From Candidatus Shapirobacteria bacterium (lineage in GTDB: Bacteria > Patescibacteriota > Microgenomatia > UBA12405), in NCBI GenBank assembly GCA_041666965.1, contig JBAYFX010000002.1:8417-72416 (forward strand): a DNA stretch of 64,000 bases, read 5' to 3'. Below the pieces are notes generated by a model. It was not told the DNA's origin. It searched no databases and was given only the letters and a program-made list of their open reading frames with translations. A program made the position numbers and the translations under genes. This document shows, in pieces, positions 1 through 9,135 of the stretch; within the stretch, counting starts at the first letter, position 1, and each line of letters begins with the position of its first letter.

Positions 1-1404
1 CGCCGCACCATCTACGAGCTCAAAATCAACTACCAACGAGCCCACATTTTGGAAGGTTTAAAAATTGCCCTCGATAATCTCGACGAAGTCATCAAAACCA
101 TTCGCGCCTCGGAAACCAGCGAAACCGCCAAAACCAATTTAATGTTAAAGTTCAATTTTACTGATCTTCAAGCCGACGCCATTTTAGAAATGCAGCTTCG
201 CCGCCTGGCCGCTCTTGAACGCCAAAAAATTGAAAACGAATACAACGAGGTTAACCAAACCATCAAAGACCTAACCGCCATTATTAAGGAACCAGACAGA
301 ATGATCAATGTCATTAGGGAAGAAAACAAGGAAGTAATGGACAAATTTAACGATCCACGTCTTACCAAAATCTACGCCCGGGAGCTCGAGGATTTCAGCG
401 AAGAAGACCTCATCCCCAAAGAGCCAACCGTCGTTTTGTTTACTAAAAGCGGTTACATTAAACGCGTCACCAAAGACACATACCGCAGTCAACACCGAGG
501 CGGTGTAGGAGTCGTAGGCATGGCGACCAAATCCGAAGATGAAGTCGATTGTATAATGTCCGTCACTACTCACGACAAATTGCTATTTTTCACCAACCGC
601 GGTCGAGTTTTTACCACCCGGGTCTGGGATGTCCCCGAGTCAACCCGTCAGAGCAGAGGAGTTGCCGCCGTCAATTTAGTCAATACTGTCCAAAGTGAAC
701 AAATTCAGGCTATCTTGTCCTTACCTGCGGGCAAAACTGTTGGTAATCAATACATCCTACTAGCTACCAAAAACGGCGTCGTTAAAAAAACTCTTCTTAG
801 TCGCTTTGAAAAAATTCGTCAAAACGGGCTTACTGCCATTAATCTTGACGAAGGCGATCATCTGGTTTGGGCCGAAACCACCACCGGGGACGATCAGGTA
901 TTCATAGTATCTCATCAAGGTAAATGTATCCGTTTCCATGAGTCCGATATTCGCCCCATGGGCCGCCATACCCGAGGGGTTCGGGGTATTACCCTAAAAA
1001 TTGGCGATTATTTAGTGTCTTTAGACGTTTTACCCTCAGTCCGCACTCCATCTTCCAAAAAAGACCCTCACTTTTACCATCTTCTAACTGTCACCGAAAA
1101 AGGCATTGGTAAACGTTCCGATGTTTTCCTCTATCCGCTTCAAAAACGCGGTGGTATGGGTGTAAAAGTATCCCAGTTAAGTGATAAAACCGGCAATGTG
1201 GCCACAGCCAAAGTCGTTACTGAAAACCATCTTCAGGCAATTCTTATCTCCCGCAAAGCTGTCACCATTAATTTACCTCTCAGCAACATTCCGGTCCTCA
1301 ACCGCAGTACCCAAGGGGTAATTTTAATGAGGCTCAAGGACGCCACCGACCAGGTTTCTACCATGACTGTAGTTGAAAAAGAAGTCGAGGAACCAATCAA
1401 GTAA
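1..1404 (+). CDS. gyrA: DNA gyrase subunit A, C-terminal portion (5' end lies outside window)
   Basis: Frame 1 is open from base 1 (RRTIYELKINYQRAHILEGL...). It shows the GyrA coiled-coil region followed by repeated beta-pinwheel blades. The ORF track lists it only from the internal Met at 49. Confidence 0.9.
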   Translation, partial: RRTIYELKINYQRAHILEGLKIALDNLDEVIKTIRASETSETAKTNLMLKFNFTDLQADAILEMQLRRLAALERQKIENEYNEVNQTIKDLTAIIKEPDRMINVIREENKEVMDKFNDPRLTKIYARELEDFSEEDLIPKEPTVVLFTKSGYIKRVTKDTYRSQHRGGVGVVGMATKSEDEVDCIMSVTTHDKLLFFTNRGRVFTTRVWDVPESTRQSRGVAAVNLVNTVQSEQIQAILSLPAGKTVGNQYILLATKNGVVKKTLLSRFEKIRQNGLTAINLDEGDHLVWAETTTGDDQVFIVSHQGKCIRFHESDIRPMGRHTRGVRGITLKIGDYLVSLDVLPSVRTPSSKKDPHFYHLLTVTEKGIGKRSDVFLYPLQKRGGMGVKVSQLSDKTGNVATAKVVTENHLQAILISRKAVTINLPLSNIPVLNRSTQGVILMRLKDATDQVSTMTVVEKEVEEPIK

Positions 1405-1720
1405 GCTAACATATCCTATATAATATTCTTCTAAAGTACTAGTAAAATAAACACGGATTTGGCAGTCTGGGTAGGGGAGTGCTAACAAGGCTAGATTTTT
1501 AGATTACCCCCATAAATAGGGTATAAATTACTCCTTCAGAAAAATGATAAATTTTACATCCTTTTCAAATGGTTATTACCAAACTTAGGCCAATATCCGC
1601 ATTATCCTTTACACACCTATAACTTATCAGTTTTTCTCCCTGTATTACAAATAGTATCGGCTACTAATTTTGTAAATCATTCACAAGAGGGTAGGGGAGT
1701 GTTGGTATACTACTCCAACT

Positions 1721-2326
1721 ATGCCCATCGAAACCATTGTTTTAGCTACCCGTAATCCCGGAAAAGTAATTCAATATCGGCAGGCACTAGAAAGCCTAGG
1801 TATAAACGTATTAGGTTTAACTGAATTAGGAATTAAAGGAAAACCAACCGAATCAGGCGATACCGCCGAAGCCAACGCCGCAATTAAAGGTCTCTTCTAT
1901 TCTGCTCTTACCCCCTATCCTGTTCTTACCGAAGATGAATCTCTGTTAGTTGATTTTCTACCGATCGAACTACAACCCGGTGTTCGTGTTCGCCGTATTA
2001 ATGGGGAAGATGAAGTCACCGATGACCAACTATTCCAGTATTGGAAAGAAATAGTTAGCCGCACACCTCCAAGTTTAAGAACAGGTCGTTGGCATATTGC
2101 CTATTGCTTAGCTACAGGAGGTCAAATCCTTGGCCAAACAGCCCGGGATGTTGAGGTTAAATTCTTCTATCCTCCTTCATCGGTTAGAATTCCCGGCTGG
2201 CCCCTAAGTAGTATTCAGGGTTCTACCGGCAAACCGTCAAGTGAGCGGACTCCAGAGGAAATTCAACAAAGAATTCAAGAAGATGGTCTATTAATTCGCC
2301 AAATCATACAAAAGTTAGTTAGTTAA
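1721..2326 (+). CDS. Ham1/RdgB-like non-canonical purine NTP pyrophosphatase (C-terminal half divergent)
   Basis: IVLATRNPGKVIQYRQAL and TEDESLLVDFL align with the Ham1 N-terminal and DDSGLEVD-type motifs. The protein is ~200 aa. Confidence 0.65.
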   Translation: MPIETIVLATRNPGKVIQYRQALESLGINVLGLTELGIKGKPTESGDTAEANAAIKGLFYSALTPYPVLTEDESLLVDFLPIELQPGVRVRRINGEDEVTDDQLFQYWKEIVSRTPPSLRTGRWHIAYCLATGGQILGQTARDVEVKFFYPPSSVRIPGWPLSSIQGSTGKPSSERTPEEIQQRIQEDGLLIRQIIQKLVS

Positions 2327-2351
2327 CCTTCGGCTAAATAGGGTAGGGGAG

Positions 2352-3302
2352 TCATCCTTCTTTTTTCTTAAAATGGAACCGGTCGTGAACTTCTTTAAGC
2401 CGAGCGTTAGTCACATGGGTATAAATTTGGGTGGTAGCAATATTTTTGTGCCCGAGTAGTTCCTGAACCGAGCGCAGGTCGGCCCCGTTAACTAACAGAT
2501 CAGTGGCCATTGAATGTCTGAGGGTGTGTGGTGTGGCGTCCACCGGCAATTTGGCCAACACTACATATTTTTTTACAATCCTCTGAATGGTACGCGCCCC
2601 AATTCTAACTTTTTTCTCGTCCACAATAATTTCGGTTAGTTTTATATTTCTAACAAAGAGGGGAGTCATCTTGTCCATTCGGCTCCTTAGGTACTCCTCT
2701 ACTTTTTGGGCCGATCTTTCCGACATAAATACCACCCGACTTCGTCCACCCTTACCAATCACTCCAAATTCGCGGGTTTTTAGGTTAACTTGGTCCCGGT
2801 TTAAGGCAACGAGTTCCGACACCCGTAAGCCCGACGAAAATAACAACTCCAAAATCGCCCTGTCCCGTTTGCCGTTAGTACTCGATGAAATTGGTTGGTT
2901 TAACAGTCGTTCTACCTGCTCTCCAGTTAAAAACTTCAACGAGTGGTCTCTAAACTTGGGCACATCAATTACTTCCGGCTTTAGGCATTCCACACCCTTT
3001 CGGGTCAGCCATTTTAAAAATGACCTTAAAGCAATTACATAATAAGCCTGCGTCGTCAAAATCATGTCTTGACCTTTGGTGCCTTTTTTTGTCGTCAGCC
3101 ACAGCCGCCATTCTTTAACATTTTTTTCATTTAAGCTCTTAATGGTCAGTGGATAATTTTTCGTCGCCATAAATGACTGTAGGTCATTTAGGTAATGCCG
3201 ATAGTTTCTAACGGTGAGGCGTGACGATCCTTTTTCAATACTCATATAGTCCAAGTACTTATTTATCCATCCCGACAGTTCATTTAAAGTCTCAACTTCC
3301 AT
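2352..3302 (-). CDS. xerC: Tyrosine site-specific recombinase XerC/XerD family
   Basis: C-terminal catalytic signature RHSMATDLLVNGADLRSVQELLGHKNIATTQIYTHV. The 316 aa length is typical of Xer recombinases. Confidence 0.88.
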   Translation of the reverse strand: MEVETLNELSGWINKYLDYMSIEKGSSRLTVRNYRHYLNDLQSFMATKNYPLTIKSLNEKNVKEWRLWLTTKKGTKGQDMILTTQAYYVIALRSFLKWLTRKGVECLKPEVIDVPKFRDHSLKFLTGEQVERLLNQPISSSTNGKRDRAILELLFSSGLRVSELVALNRDQVNLKTREFGVIGKGGRSRVVFMSERSAQKVEEYLRSRMDKMTPLFVRNIKLTEIIVDEKKVRIGARTIQRIVKKYVVLAKLPVDATPHTLRHSMATDLLVNGADLRSVQELLGHKNIATTQIYTHVTNARLKEVHDRFHFKKKEG

Positions 3303-3985
3303 AGCTAATTATATACTGTGAAGCTTATCTTGTGTTCTAGGGCCTTTGGTGAGGTCATACATATTTTGCCTTATTTACCGCTATTTATAAAATCCCCTTC
3401 ATAAGAGTAGTCAAGTGGAGGCTCTCAGGCTCAAAACCGGTTTTTGGCAGGCACCTCCTACAATAGGGGTAAAGGAGCCAAATATACTAGTCAACTCCAA
3501 TTATTTATTTGAAATTTATATTTTATTAATTATTTATTAATTAGTCAGAAACCTCCCTCCCCCCCTCGGAGAAGTACCTCATGTCGCAAAACATACATTG
3601 TGCGACGTTATACTTTAAGCCCCAAGAACAGTAGGGAACAAGTCTTTTCTCCACTTTCTTCACACTAAAATTAACTGATTAATATTTATCTAACAAAACA
3701 ATTACTGGGGTACCCTCTCTTCTCTTCTTACCCACTTCTCTCCAAATTCACATTTTGTAAGTTTTAGAGTTTTCCACAGAACTATATCATTGTATATCAC
3801 GTATGTGAAATATTTATAGGATATGTGAAAATATAATTATAGGACGTTGTATATTATAGGTCATACTACTTCCCTACCCTAGTCCCCTTGCCTAAAAATT
3901 GAGTACTTATTTATTATTTAAATTTATAAATAATACGAAATCCGTCTCTTGACGGAATAATTCAAAAAATATATTACTTCGGTTC

Positions 3986-4768
3986 CTACCAACTTACAGT
4001 CACGATCAAAGAGATTATTACGGCCACCAAAATCCACCCCAAACTCATAATTGATTTTTTAAACAATCTTTCCCGAATCGTCAGTTGTATCAGGCTTATT
4101 AATATGTATTGAAACGACACCATATACAAGGAACTCTTAAATACCCCCGTTGGCCAAAAAGACAGTACCATCGCCATTTGGGACATCATCCACACCGAAG
4201 CCAAAACATAAGACATAATTGGTAAGTCTTTACCATCATCCGGTAATTCAATTAGCACCGACCAAACAATGTAAGTAAAAATAAAAGGAGTTACCGCCAA
4301 AAATATCAGCATGTTTTGCCAAAACCCCAACCGGTACGAAAAAATAACGTCATATACTAAAAACGAAGCAAATAAGGTTACAACTACGCTTACCGTAAAC
4401 GCCGCCCGGTACAACGGCACAGTTTTATAACCCACCGCCACCATAAACACGTTTTCAATCAAATATATCGTATAGTTCACTCCCCCAAACAACAGCAATA
4501 TCGGAATATCCCACCACCAAGGCAATTCCAAAACAGAAATAAACATCGCCAGTCCAAAAAACCACATAATCGGCAATATAATCGCCGCCAAGCGACTTTT
4601 CCAATCTGAGTAATAAATCAATCCCAGACCGTACCAGGTTGAAAACACCGTCAACGCTAACCCTGTAAATACTCCATATAGTCTGGAATCATAGGGCAAT
4701 TCTACAAACAACAGAAAGCCTAATGCCTGGATTAAGGTTAAAAATAAAAATTTTGCCCGTTTATTCAT
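3986..4768 (-). CDS. Polytopic integral membrane protein, unknown function
   Basis: A 260-aa ORF that is strongly hydrophobic, with multiple predicted TM segments rich in W/Y/F. Confidence 0.5.
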   Translation of the reverse strand: MNKRAKFLFLTLIQALGFLLFVELPYDSRLYGVFTGLALTVFSTWYGLGLIYYSDWKSRLAAIILPIMWFFGLAMFISVLELPWWWDIPILLLFGGVNYTIYLIENVFMVAVGYKTVPLYRAAFTVSVVVTLFASFLVYDVIFSYRLGFWQNMLIFLAVTPFIFTYIVWSVLIELPDDGKDLPIMSYVLASVWMMSQMAMVLSFWPTGVFKSSLYMVSFQYILISLIQLTIRERLFKKSIMSLGWILVAVIISLIVTVSW

Positions 4769-5473
4769 TTATGGGCTCCCAACATTGACTGATTCAACTT
4801 CATCTAACGCCTCCAGTTCATCAATTAAATCCACCAACTGTTGAGTATCCTCCTGGCTCAACTCGAACCTTGCTCCCAAAAACTTATATCTTTTGCCCAA
4901 ACTCACCACCCGCTTACCTTGCTCTTCTAAATACTTTTTAATTACCTCTCCGTTTTCCCCCACCCCGTATTCAATCGTCTCCTCAGTCCAGTCACTCATC
5001 CCTTTTTCCATCAATTGTAACTCTTCCTCTTCACTCAGCTGACCCTCATAGTCAATAACCCCTACTTCCTCAAACTGGAATTTTACGCTCCCTTCATCCC
5101 CCACCGACCCCCCATAAGTCTTAAACAACGACCGAATTTCCCCTAAGCTTCGGTTTTTATTGTCTGTTTCTACTTTTACCATCATTGGCACTCCCCCCGG
5201 CCCGTAACCCTCCAAAAGCAAACTCATTAAATTCTTTTGTTTAGATTGGTAATTACCTAGTAACCGCTCAATATTGTCTTTAGGAACGTTTGCTTCCCTA
5301 GCCTTGTCCAGGGCCACCTTCAGGTAACTGTTAGATTCCGGGTTAATCACTCCACCTCCAAGTTTTATCGCCCCAATTATGGCCCGGGATAATTTGGTAA
5401 AAACTTCACTTCGCTTTTTATCCACCGCCCCCTTGCGATTTTTAATATTGGCCCATTTAGAATGTCCTGACAT
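4769..5473 (-). CDS. yebC: YebC/PmpR family DNA-binding transcriptional regulator
   Basis: N-terminus MSGHSKWANIKNRKGAVDKKRSEVFTKLSRAI is the YebC hallmark. Length is 234 aa. Confidence 0.9.
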   Translation of the reverse strand: MSGHSKWANIKNRKGAVDKKRSEVFTKLSRAIIGAIKLGGGVINPESNSYLKVALDKAREANVPKDNIERLLGNYQSKQKNLMSLLLEGYGPGGVPMMVKVETDNKNRSLGEIRSLFKTYGGSVGDEGSVKFQFEEVGVIDYEGQLSEEEELQLMEKGMSDWTEETIEYGVGENGEVIKKYLEEQGKRVVSLGKRYKFLGARFELSQEDTQQLVDLIDELEALDEVESVNVGSP

Positions 5474-6281
5474 AGCTGCTGTATTTTAACAAATCGGCCA
5501 TCCCTCTCCCAATAACCATTTCTACACCGGCTTTAATTTTTATATCTTTCTTAAGCTCACAGTTCCACAATTGGTTAACTTTATTAATTTGTCTTAAATA
5601 ATTATTGCCCGTTTCTTCCAAGTTATATTTTATTTGGCACAAATTAATTTCTCTATTACTAATGTTGGCTACATTACTCACCCACATTCCCGCCCACACC
5701 AGTCTTTGGGCCACAAAAGATCCTAAACCTTTTTGGTCAGTCCCGTTATAAATCCGCCACTCTACCCCTCCCCGGTCAATTGGAGTATATCCGGTAATCA
5801 CTTGCTTATCCCAATTGTTAAAAATTTCTCCCGTCTCCACTAACCCCAACTCGTCTTCCCTAACAATCCAGCTGCTTCCTTCCCATTTCCACCACAGCCA
5901 TCTTCCGGGGGACCATTTTTTCCACACCTCTTCCACCACTACCTCTCTTGTGCTACTTATAATTTTATCCGGTAATAAGCCAAAATTGTAAAATATTACT
6001 TTGTCCATTAAATTTGTTCCGCCATCGATTTGTTTAACCTTTTCCAGATTTCCGGTTTCATACCACCCCCACCCTCCGGGTACCCAAATTGGTACCTGTT
6101 TGGGCACAATCGCCGTGGCCACCATTTTCCGCTTAGGTGACCAATTAACTACCCTCATTCCCCAGTTGCCGTAAACCACTACCAACCACTCTTTTTCTTG
6201 GCCCAAACTTTTTATCATAGTCCCAAAAACCAAGGCCATTATCCCCAAAATTATTATTAGCGTCCTATGTTTCGATTTCAT
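5457..6281 (-). CDS. Membrane-anchored protein with LytR_C-like C-terminal domain
   Basis: N-terminal TM helix. The Trp-rich segment VEWRIYNGTDQKGLGSFVAQRLVWAGMWVSNVAN fits the LytR_C pattern (V.V.NGt...GLA...a..L). Confidence 0.4.
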   Translation of the reverse strand: MKSKHRTLIIILGIMALVFGTMIKSLGQEKEWLVVVYGNWGMRVVNWSPKRKMVATAIVPKQVPIWVPGGWGWYETGNLEKVKQIDGGTNLMDKVIFYNFGLLPDKIISSTREVVVEEVWKKWSPGRWLWWKWEGSSWIVREDELGLVETGEIFNNWDKQVITGYTPIDRGGVEWRIYNGTDQKGLGSFVAQRLVWAGMWVSNVANISNREINLCQIKYNLEETGNNYLRQINKVNQLWNCELKKDIKIKAGVEMVIGRGMADLLKYSSYVRTF

Positions 6282-6987
6282 ATTGTTTTAAAATCTCCCT
6301 CATGTTTAGGGGGATTGGAATTTCCACCGCCACCCGGCCCCCATCCTTTGAGCTTACTCCCAAAAACCCCTCATGTAACATAAGCCTCGCCTCTTTGGTT
6401 TTCCCATACCACCGATCTCCCACAATCGGCCATCCTAAATAATTTAAATGAACCCGAATTTGATGAGTCCGACCGGTGTATATTCTCACCTTCAGCCAAC
6501 TGTAAGTCAGTCCATCCTTGCGTCCAATCGCCTCCCTCCAAAACTCGGTTATTGCCATCTTTCCATCAATTTTCACTTTTCTTTTTACTACCCCTTTCCC
6601 CCGCCACATTCCAATAGGCATCTCAATCTTTCCCCACCCGCTACTTTTTCCTGATACGAAACACCAGTAATATTTCTCCACCGCTCTTTGTTTAAATTGA
6701 CTACTATACCAAACTGCTGCCGCCTCACTTAATGCTACCAGCACCCCCCCCGATGTTTCCCTATCAAGTCTGTGAACTATTCCTGCTCGGTACAGCTCCC
6801 GGCTCTCAATCACATTTTCCAGTAGCCAATTTTCCAGGCTTAGTTTTCCTGTGTCTCTACCTACCGTCAGCCAACCTTGGGGCTTATACACCACCACACA
6901 ATCATCTTTTTTATAAATTATTTTCGGTTCTGTTTCCATGTGTCCACAATAATTAGCAATCCACCGGCAACTACGAGCCAGTCCCAC
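6265..6987 (-). CDS. rluD: RluA-family pseudouridine synthase (RluD/RluC-like)
   Basis: Catalytic motif GIVHRLDRETSGGVLVA and the C-terminal THQIRVHLNYLGWPIVGD. Confidence 0.85.
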   Translation of the reverse strand: MGLARSCRWIANYCGHMETEPKIIYKKDDCVVVYKPQGWLTVGRDTGKLSLENWLLENVIESRELYRAGIVHRLDRETSGGVLVALSEAAAVWYSSQFKQRAVEKYYWCFVSGKSSGWGKIEMPIGMWRGKGVVKRKVKIDGKMAITEFWREAIGRKDGLTYSWLKVRIYTGRTHQIRVHLNYLGWPIVGDRWYGKTKEARLMLHEGFLGVSSKDGGRVAVEIPIPLNMREILKQYEIET

Positions 6988-7286
6988 CAGTTATTATAAC
7001 CGCCAATAATCGGTATCCGTAAATTATCAACCACACACCCCGTAAGCCACCTCTGCCACAAGTTACCCGCACCTCCCACTACCATCAACCACCAGCCCGT
7101 TTTTCGATATTTCAAAGCACCCATCACTATCAACAACCAAATTATTGAAGTAATTGCCACCAAATAGGGAATTTGTAACCCAAAGGCAATCCCGCAGTTA
7201 AGCGCCATAAAACTAAATCTCGTCTTCTTTTTCGCAACTAATACAAATTGTTGCCTCAGGGCGGACGGCCAATCTTTCCGTATCAA
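6918..7286 (-). CDS. lspA: Lipoprotein signal peptidase II-like (short form)
   Basis: Motifs LNCGIAFGL, GGAGNLWQRWLTGCVVDNL and GGLLIIVD match the LspA conserved blocks. The true start is probably the internal Met near 7208, given the overlap with the upstream gene. Confidence 0.5.
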   Translation of the reverse strand: MIRKDWPSALRQQFVLVAKKKTRFSFMALNCGIAFGLQIPYLVAITSIIWLLIVMGALKYRKTGWWLMVVGGAGNLWQRWLTGCVVDNLRIPIIGGYNNWWDWLVVAGGLLIIVDTWKQNRK

Positions 7287-7578
7287 TCATCTTGCCACAC
7301 TTTTCACAAATTCCGTACTTACCCAGTTTTAAGCGGGTTAATGCCTTACGCACCTGAACTAATTGCCTGTTTATAAACTTACTTTTTACCTGATTGTCAA
7401 AATGTCCCAACTGTTCATCCACATCTTCTTCGGTTGAATTTTCCCTCAATCTGTCCTCATCCCCAAACGGATCATTCTTAACCATTGCCTTCTCTTTTCT
7501 TTTAAGTTTAACCGCTTCATTTTCCAAAAACTCCCGTATTGGTTTTAGCAAATTAGCGGGTATTGAGAATTTTGTCAT
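7213..7578 (-). CDS. DksA/TraR-family C4 zinc-finger protein
   Basis: C-terminal CEKCGKMIDTERLAVRPEATICISCEKE is a DksA/TraR-type C4 finger. The start is placed at the internal Met that abuts the upstream membrane gene. The track's longer ORF (to 7680) overlaps that gene by 106 nt. Confidence 0.5.
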   Translation of the reverse strand: MTKFSIPANLLKPIREFLENEAVKLKRKEKAMVKNDPFGDEDRLRENSTEEDVDEQLGHFDNQVKSKFINRQLVQVRKALTRLKLGKYGICEKCGKMIDTERLAVRPEATICISCEKEDEI

Positions 7579-8204
7579 TGCCTTCCTAGCATAAACAATC
7601 CCACGCTCATTATCAACGACATAGTCGGTAATAAACCGATTTTTATCATCTCCCCCACTCCCCCTCCCACCAGTACCCAATTTACCCCCATGGCCATAAA
7701 ATATATGGCATTAACGGCAAAAAACACAAATCCCTTTTTCCCGCTGGCGTACCACGCCCACCGTCGATAATTCAGGCTCAGGTAGCGATAAATCCCAAAA
7801 CTTACCAAGGTAATCAGTAAGTCATAAAACTTCCCTTGTCCAAATATTACTTGAACCAATTGAATTATCCCGGTTATTGAGTACAAACCAATCATTACGT
7901 CTTGGGCCATCGACCATATTTTCCAATCCCGTATCCAGGCCATCCATACAATTAATATCTGGGCCAATACTAGTCCCCACACCGGTTGAAACAAATAAGG
8001 ACTCCACCAGCCTAGTACATTACCCACGTTTGTTCTGTCCCCCAACACTCCCAATACTCCCCCCAATCCGTAAACAATAGCTACCAGCCAACCCATTCCT
8101 GTTACTGCCATTTCGTCATAGTCGGCCTTAAGTCGGCGCCACCAAAAAAACTGAAATCCAACAATTAGTAGAATTCCCGTCAACCATCCAATAAATATTC
8201 CCAT
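7575..8204 (-). CDS. Integral membrane protein, unknown function
   Basis: A 209-aa hydrophobic ORF with multiple TM segments. The listed start codon overlaps the tRNA-Leu 3' end, so the true start is probably internal. Confidence 0.45.
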   Translation of the reverse strand: MGIFIGWLTGILLIVGFQFFWWRRLKADYDEMAVTGMGWLVAIVYGLGGVLGVLGDRTNVGNVLGWWSPYLFQPVWGLVLAQILIVWMAWIRDWKIWSMAQDVMIGLYSITGIIQLVQVIFGQGKFYDLLITLVSFGIYRYLSLNYRRWAWYASGKKGFVFFAVNAIYFMAMGVNWVLVGGGVGEMIKIGLLPTMSLIMSVGLFMLGRQ

Positions 8205-8290
8205 GGTGCCGATGCTGGGAATCGAACCCAGATGACATTACTGCCACACGATTTTGAGTCGTGCGCGTCTACCAATTCCGCCACATCGGC
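8204..8290 (-). tRNA. tRNA-Leu (anticodon CAA), type II with long variable arm, CCA encoded
   Basis: The reverse complement is GCCGATGTGGCGGAATTGGTAGACGCGCACGACTCAAAATCGTGTGGCAGTAATGTCATCTGGGTTCGATTCCCAGCATCGGCACCA. It folds as a cloverleaf with acceptor GCCGATG/CATCGGC, anticodon stem CACGA/TCGTG, loop CTCAAAA and T-loop TTCGATT. Confidence 0.85.
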
Positions 8291-8345
8291 TTCAAGCTTA
8301 TTATCTCATGACTTTGTCATTCTGAGGAGCTGGCGACGAAGAATC

Positions 8346-8699
8346 TCAACTATGAAGTTTCAATTTTCTGACCGTAGTAGTTATTGGCACTCCAGTAAAA
8401 GGGCAATTATCCCTCCCCCCAGCTGACTCATAACCATCTATAGTAACCGCACCAAATCTATTGGTTAGCATTTCACAATTTGCTACTGCTTCGGAAGGAA
8501 CTGTTGTCAATAAAAGTTTCAATACTTCTTCGTACCCAAATGCCCGAATTTCTAAACTCACCCCTAAGCTACCCAAATCTCGTTTCAGTCTAACTTCAAC
8601 CCCAGACCTATTGTTAACAGCAGGGTTTAAAACATAGTCCGCCAACGGACAAAACGGCCAACAATTATACTTCCCAAAATCACCTTCGTGTCTTGACAT
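8346..8699 (-). CDS. Small Cys-containing hypothetical protein (paralog A)
   Basis: 117 aa. Shares CxxWCPL...CEML...GG..C spacing with the adjacent ORF 8790-9119. No family recognised. Confidence 0.4.
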   Translation of the reverse strand: MSRHEGDFGKYNCWPFCPLADYVLNPAVNNRSGVEVRLKRDLGSLGVSLEIRAFGYEEVLKLLLTTVPSEAVANCEMLTNRFGAVTIDGYESAGGRDNCPFTGVPITTTVRKLKLHS

Positions 8700-8789
8700 G
8701 TTTGTATTATATCAAACTATAACTTTCAATTCCGTCATCTCACACCCTACCCCGCTTTTTAAGTAGATTCACCAATCAGGTTTAGCTTC

Positions 8790-9119
8790 CTATGCTAAAG
8801 GATATGCGCTCAATATTACTCTTTGCCTCACAACCTTACAATCAGCTTGTCCACCTGAACTTATAGAGCCTCCCGCTACATCGTTTACACTTCTAATTAA
8901 CATTTCACACACCGAAGCGTCCTCTGGCGCTGGATCTACGGTTGCCAAACCCAAAACCCCATTTCTTGATAAGTCAACAACTTCAACCTTTAAACCTTTA
9001 TTTGGAAATGCTCTAACTATATCTTTTCCATTACCACCTAATACCCTTTTTCTTGCTACTAGCCCAAGCGGGCACCAACTTACACATTTTTCTGTTTTTA
9101 AACCAATTTCATCTGCCAT
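8790..9119 (-). CDS. Small Cys-containing hypothetical protein (paralog B)
   Basis: 109 aa. KCVSWCPLGL...VCEMLIRSV...GGQADC parallels NCWPFCPLADY...NCEMLTNRF...GGRDNC in the neighbouring ORF. Confidence 0.4.
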   Translation of the reverse strand: MADEIGLKTEKCVSWCPLGLVARKRVLGGNGKDIVRAFPNKGLKVEVVDLSRNGVLGLATVDPAPEDASVCEMLIRSVNDVAGGSISSGGQADCKVVRQRVILSAYPLA

Positions 9120-9135
9120 TTTCCCGATTATATCA

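Noticed and set aside
168-969. Three minus-strand ORFs (168-368, 271-573, 760-969) inside gyrA
   Set aside because: They are antisense shadows within a confidently identified GyrA frame, with low-complexity products.
2587-3042. Plus-strand 151-aa ORF inside xerC
   Set aside because: It is antisense to the well-supported recombinase and shows no motifs.
2352-3302. Phage or ICE integrase rather than chromosomal Xer
   Set aside because: The 316 aa length, Xer-type C-terminal motif, and lack of adjacent phage or attachment features favour XerC/D. The nearest tRNA is 5 kb away.
3838-3862. dif-like sequence TGTATATTATAGGTCAT near xerC
   Set aside because: Only the central TGTATA and part of one arm match the canonical dif. 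This is kept as a low-confidence note inside the AT-rich spacer finding.
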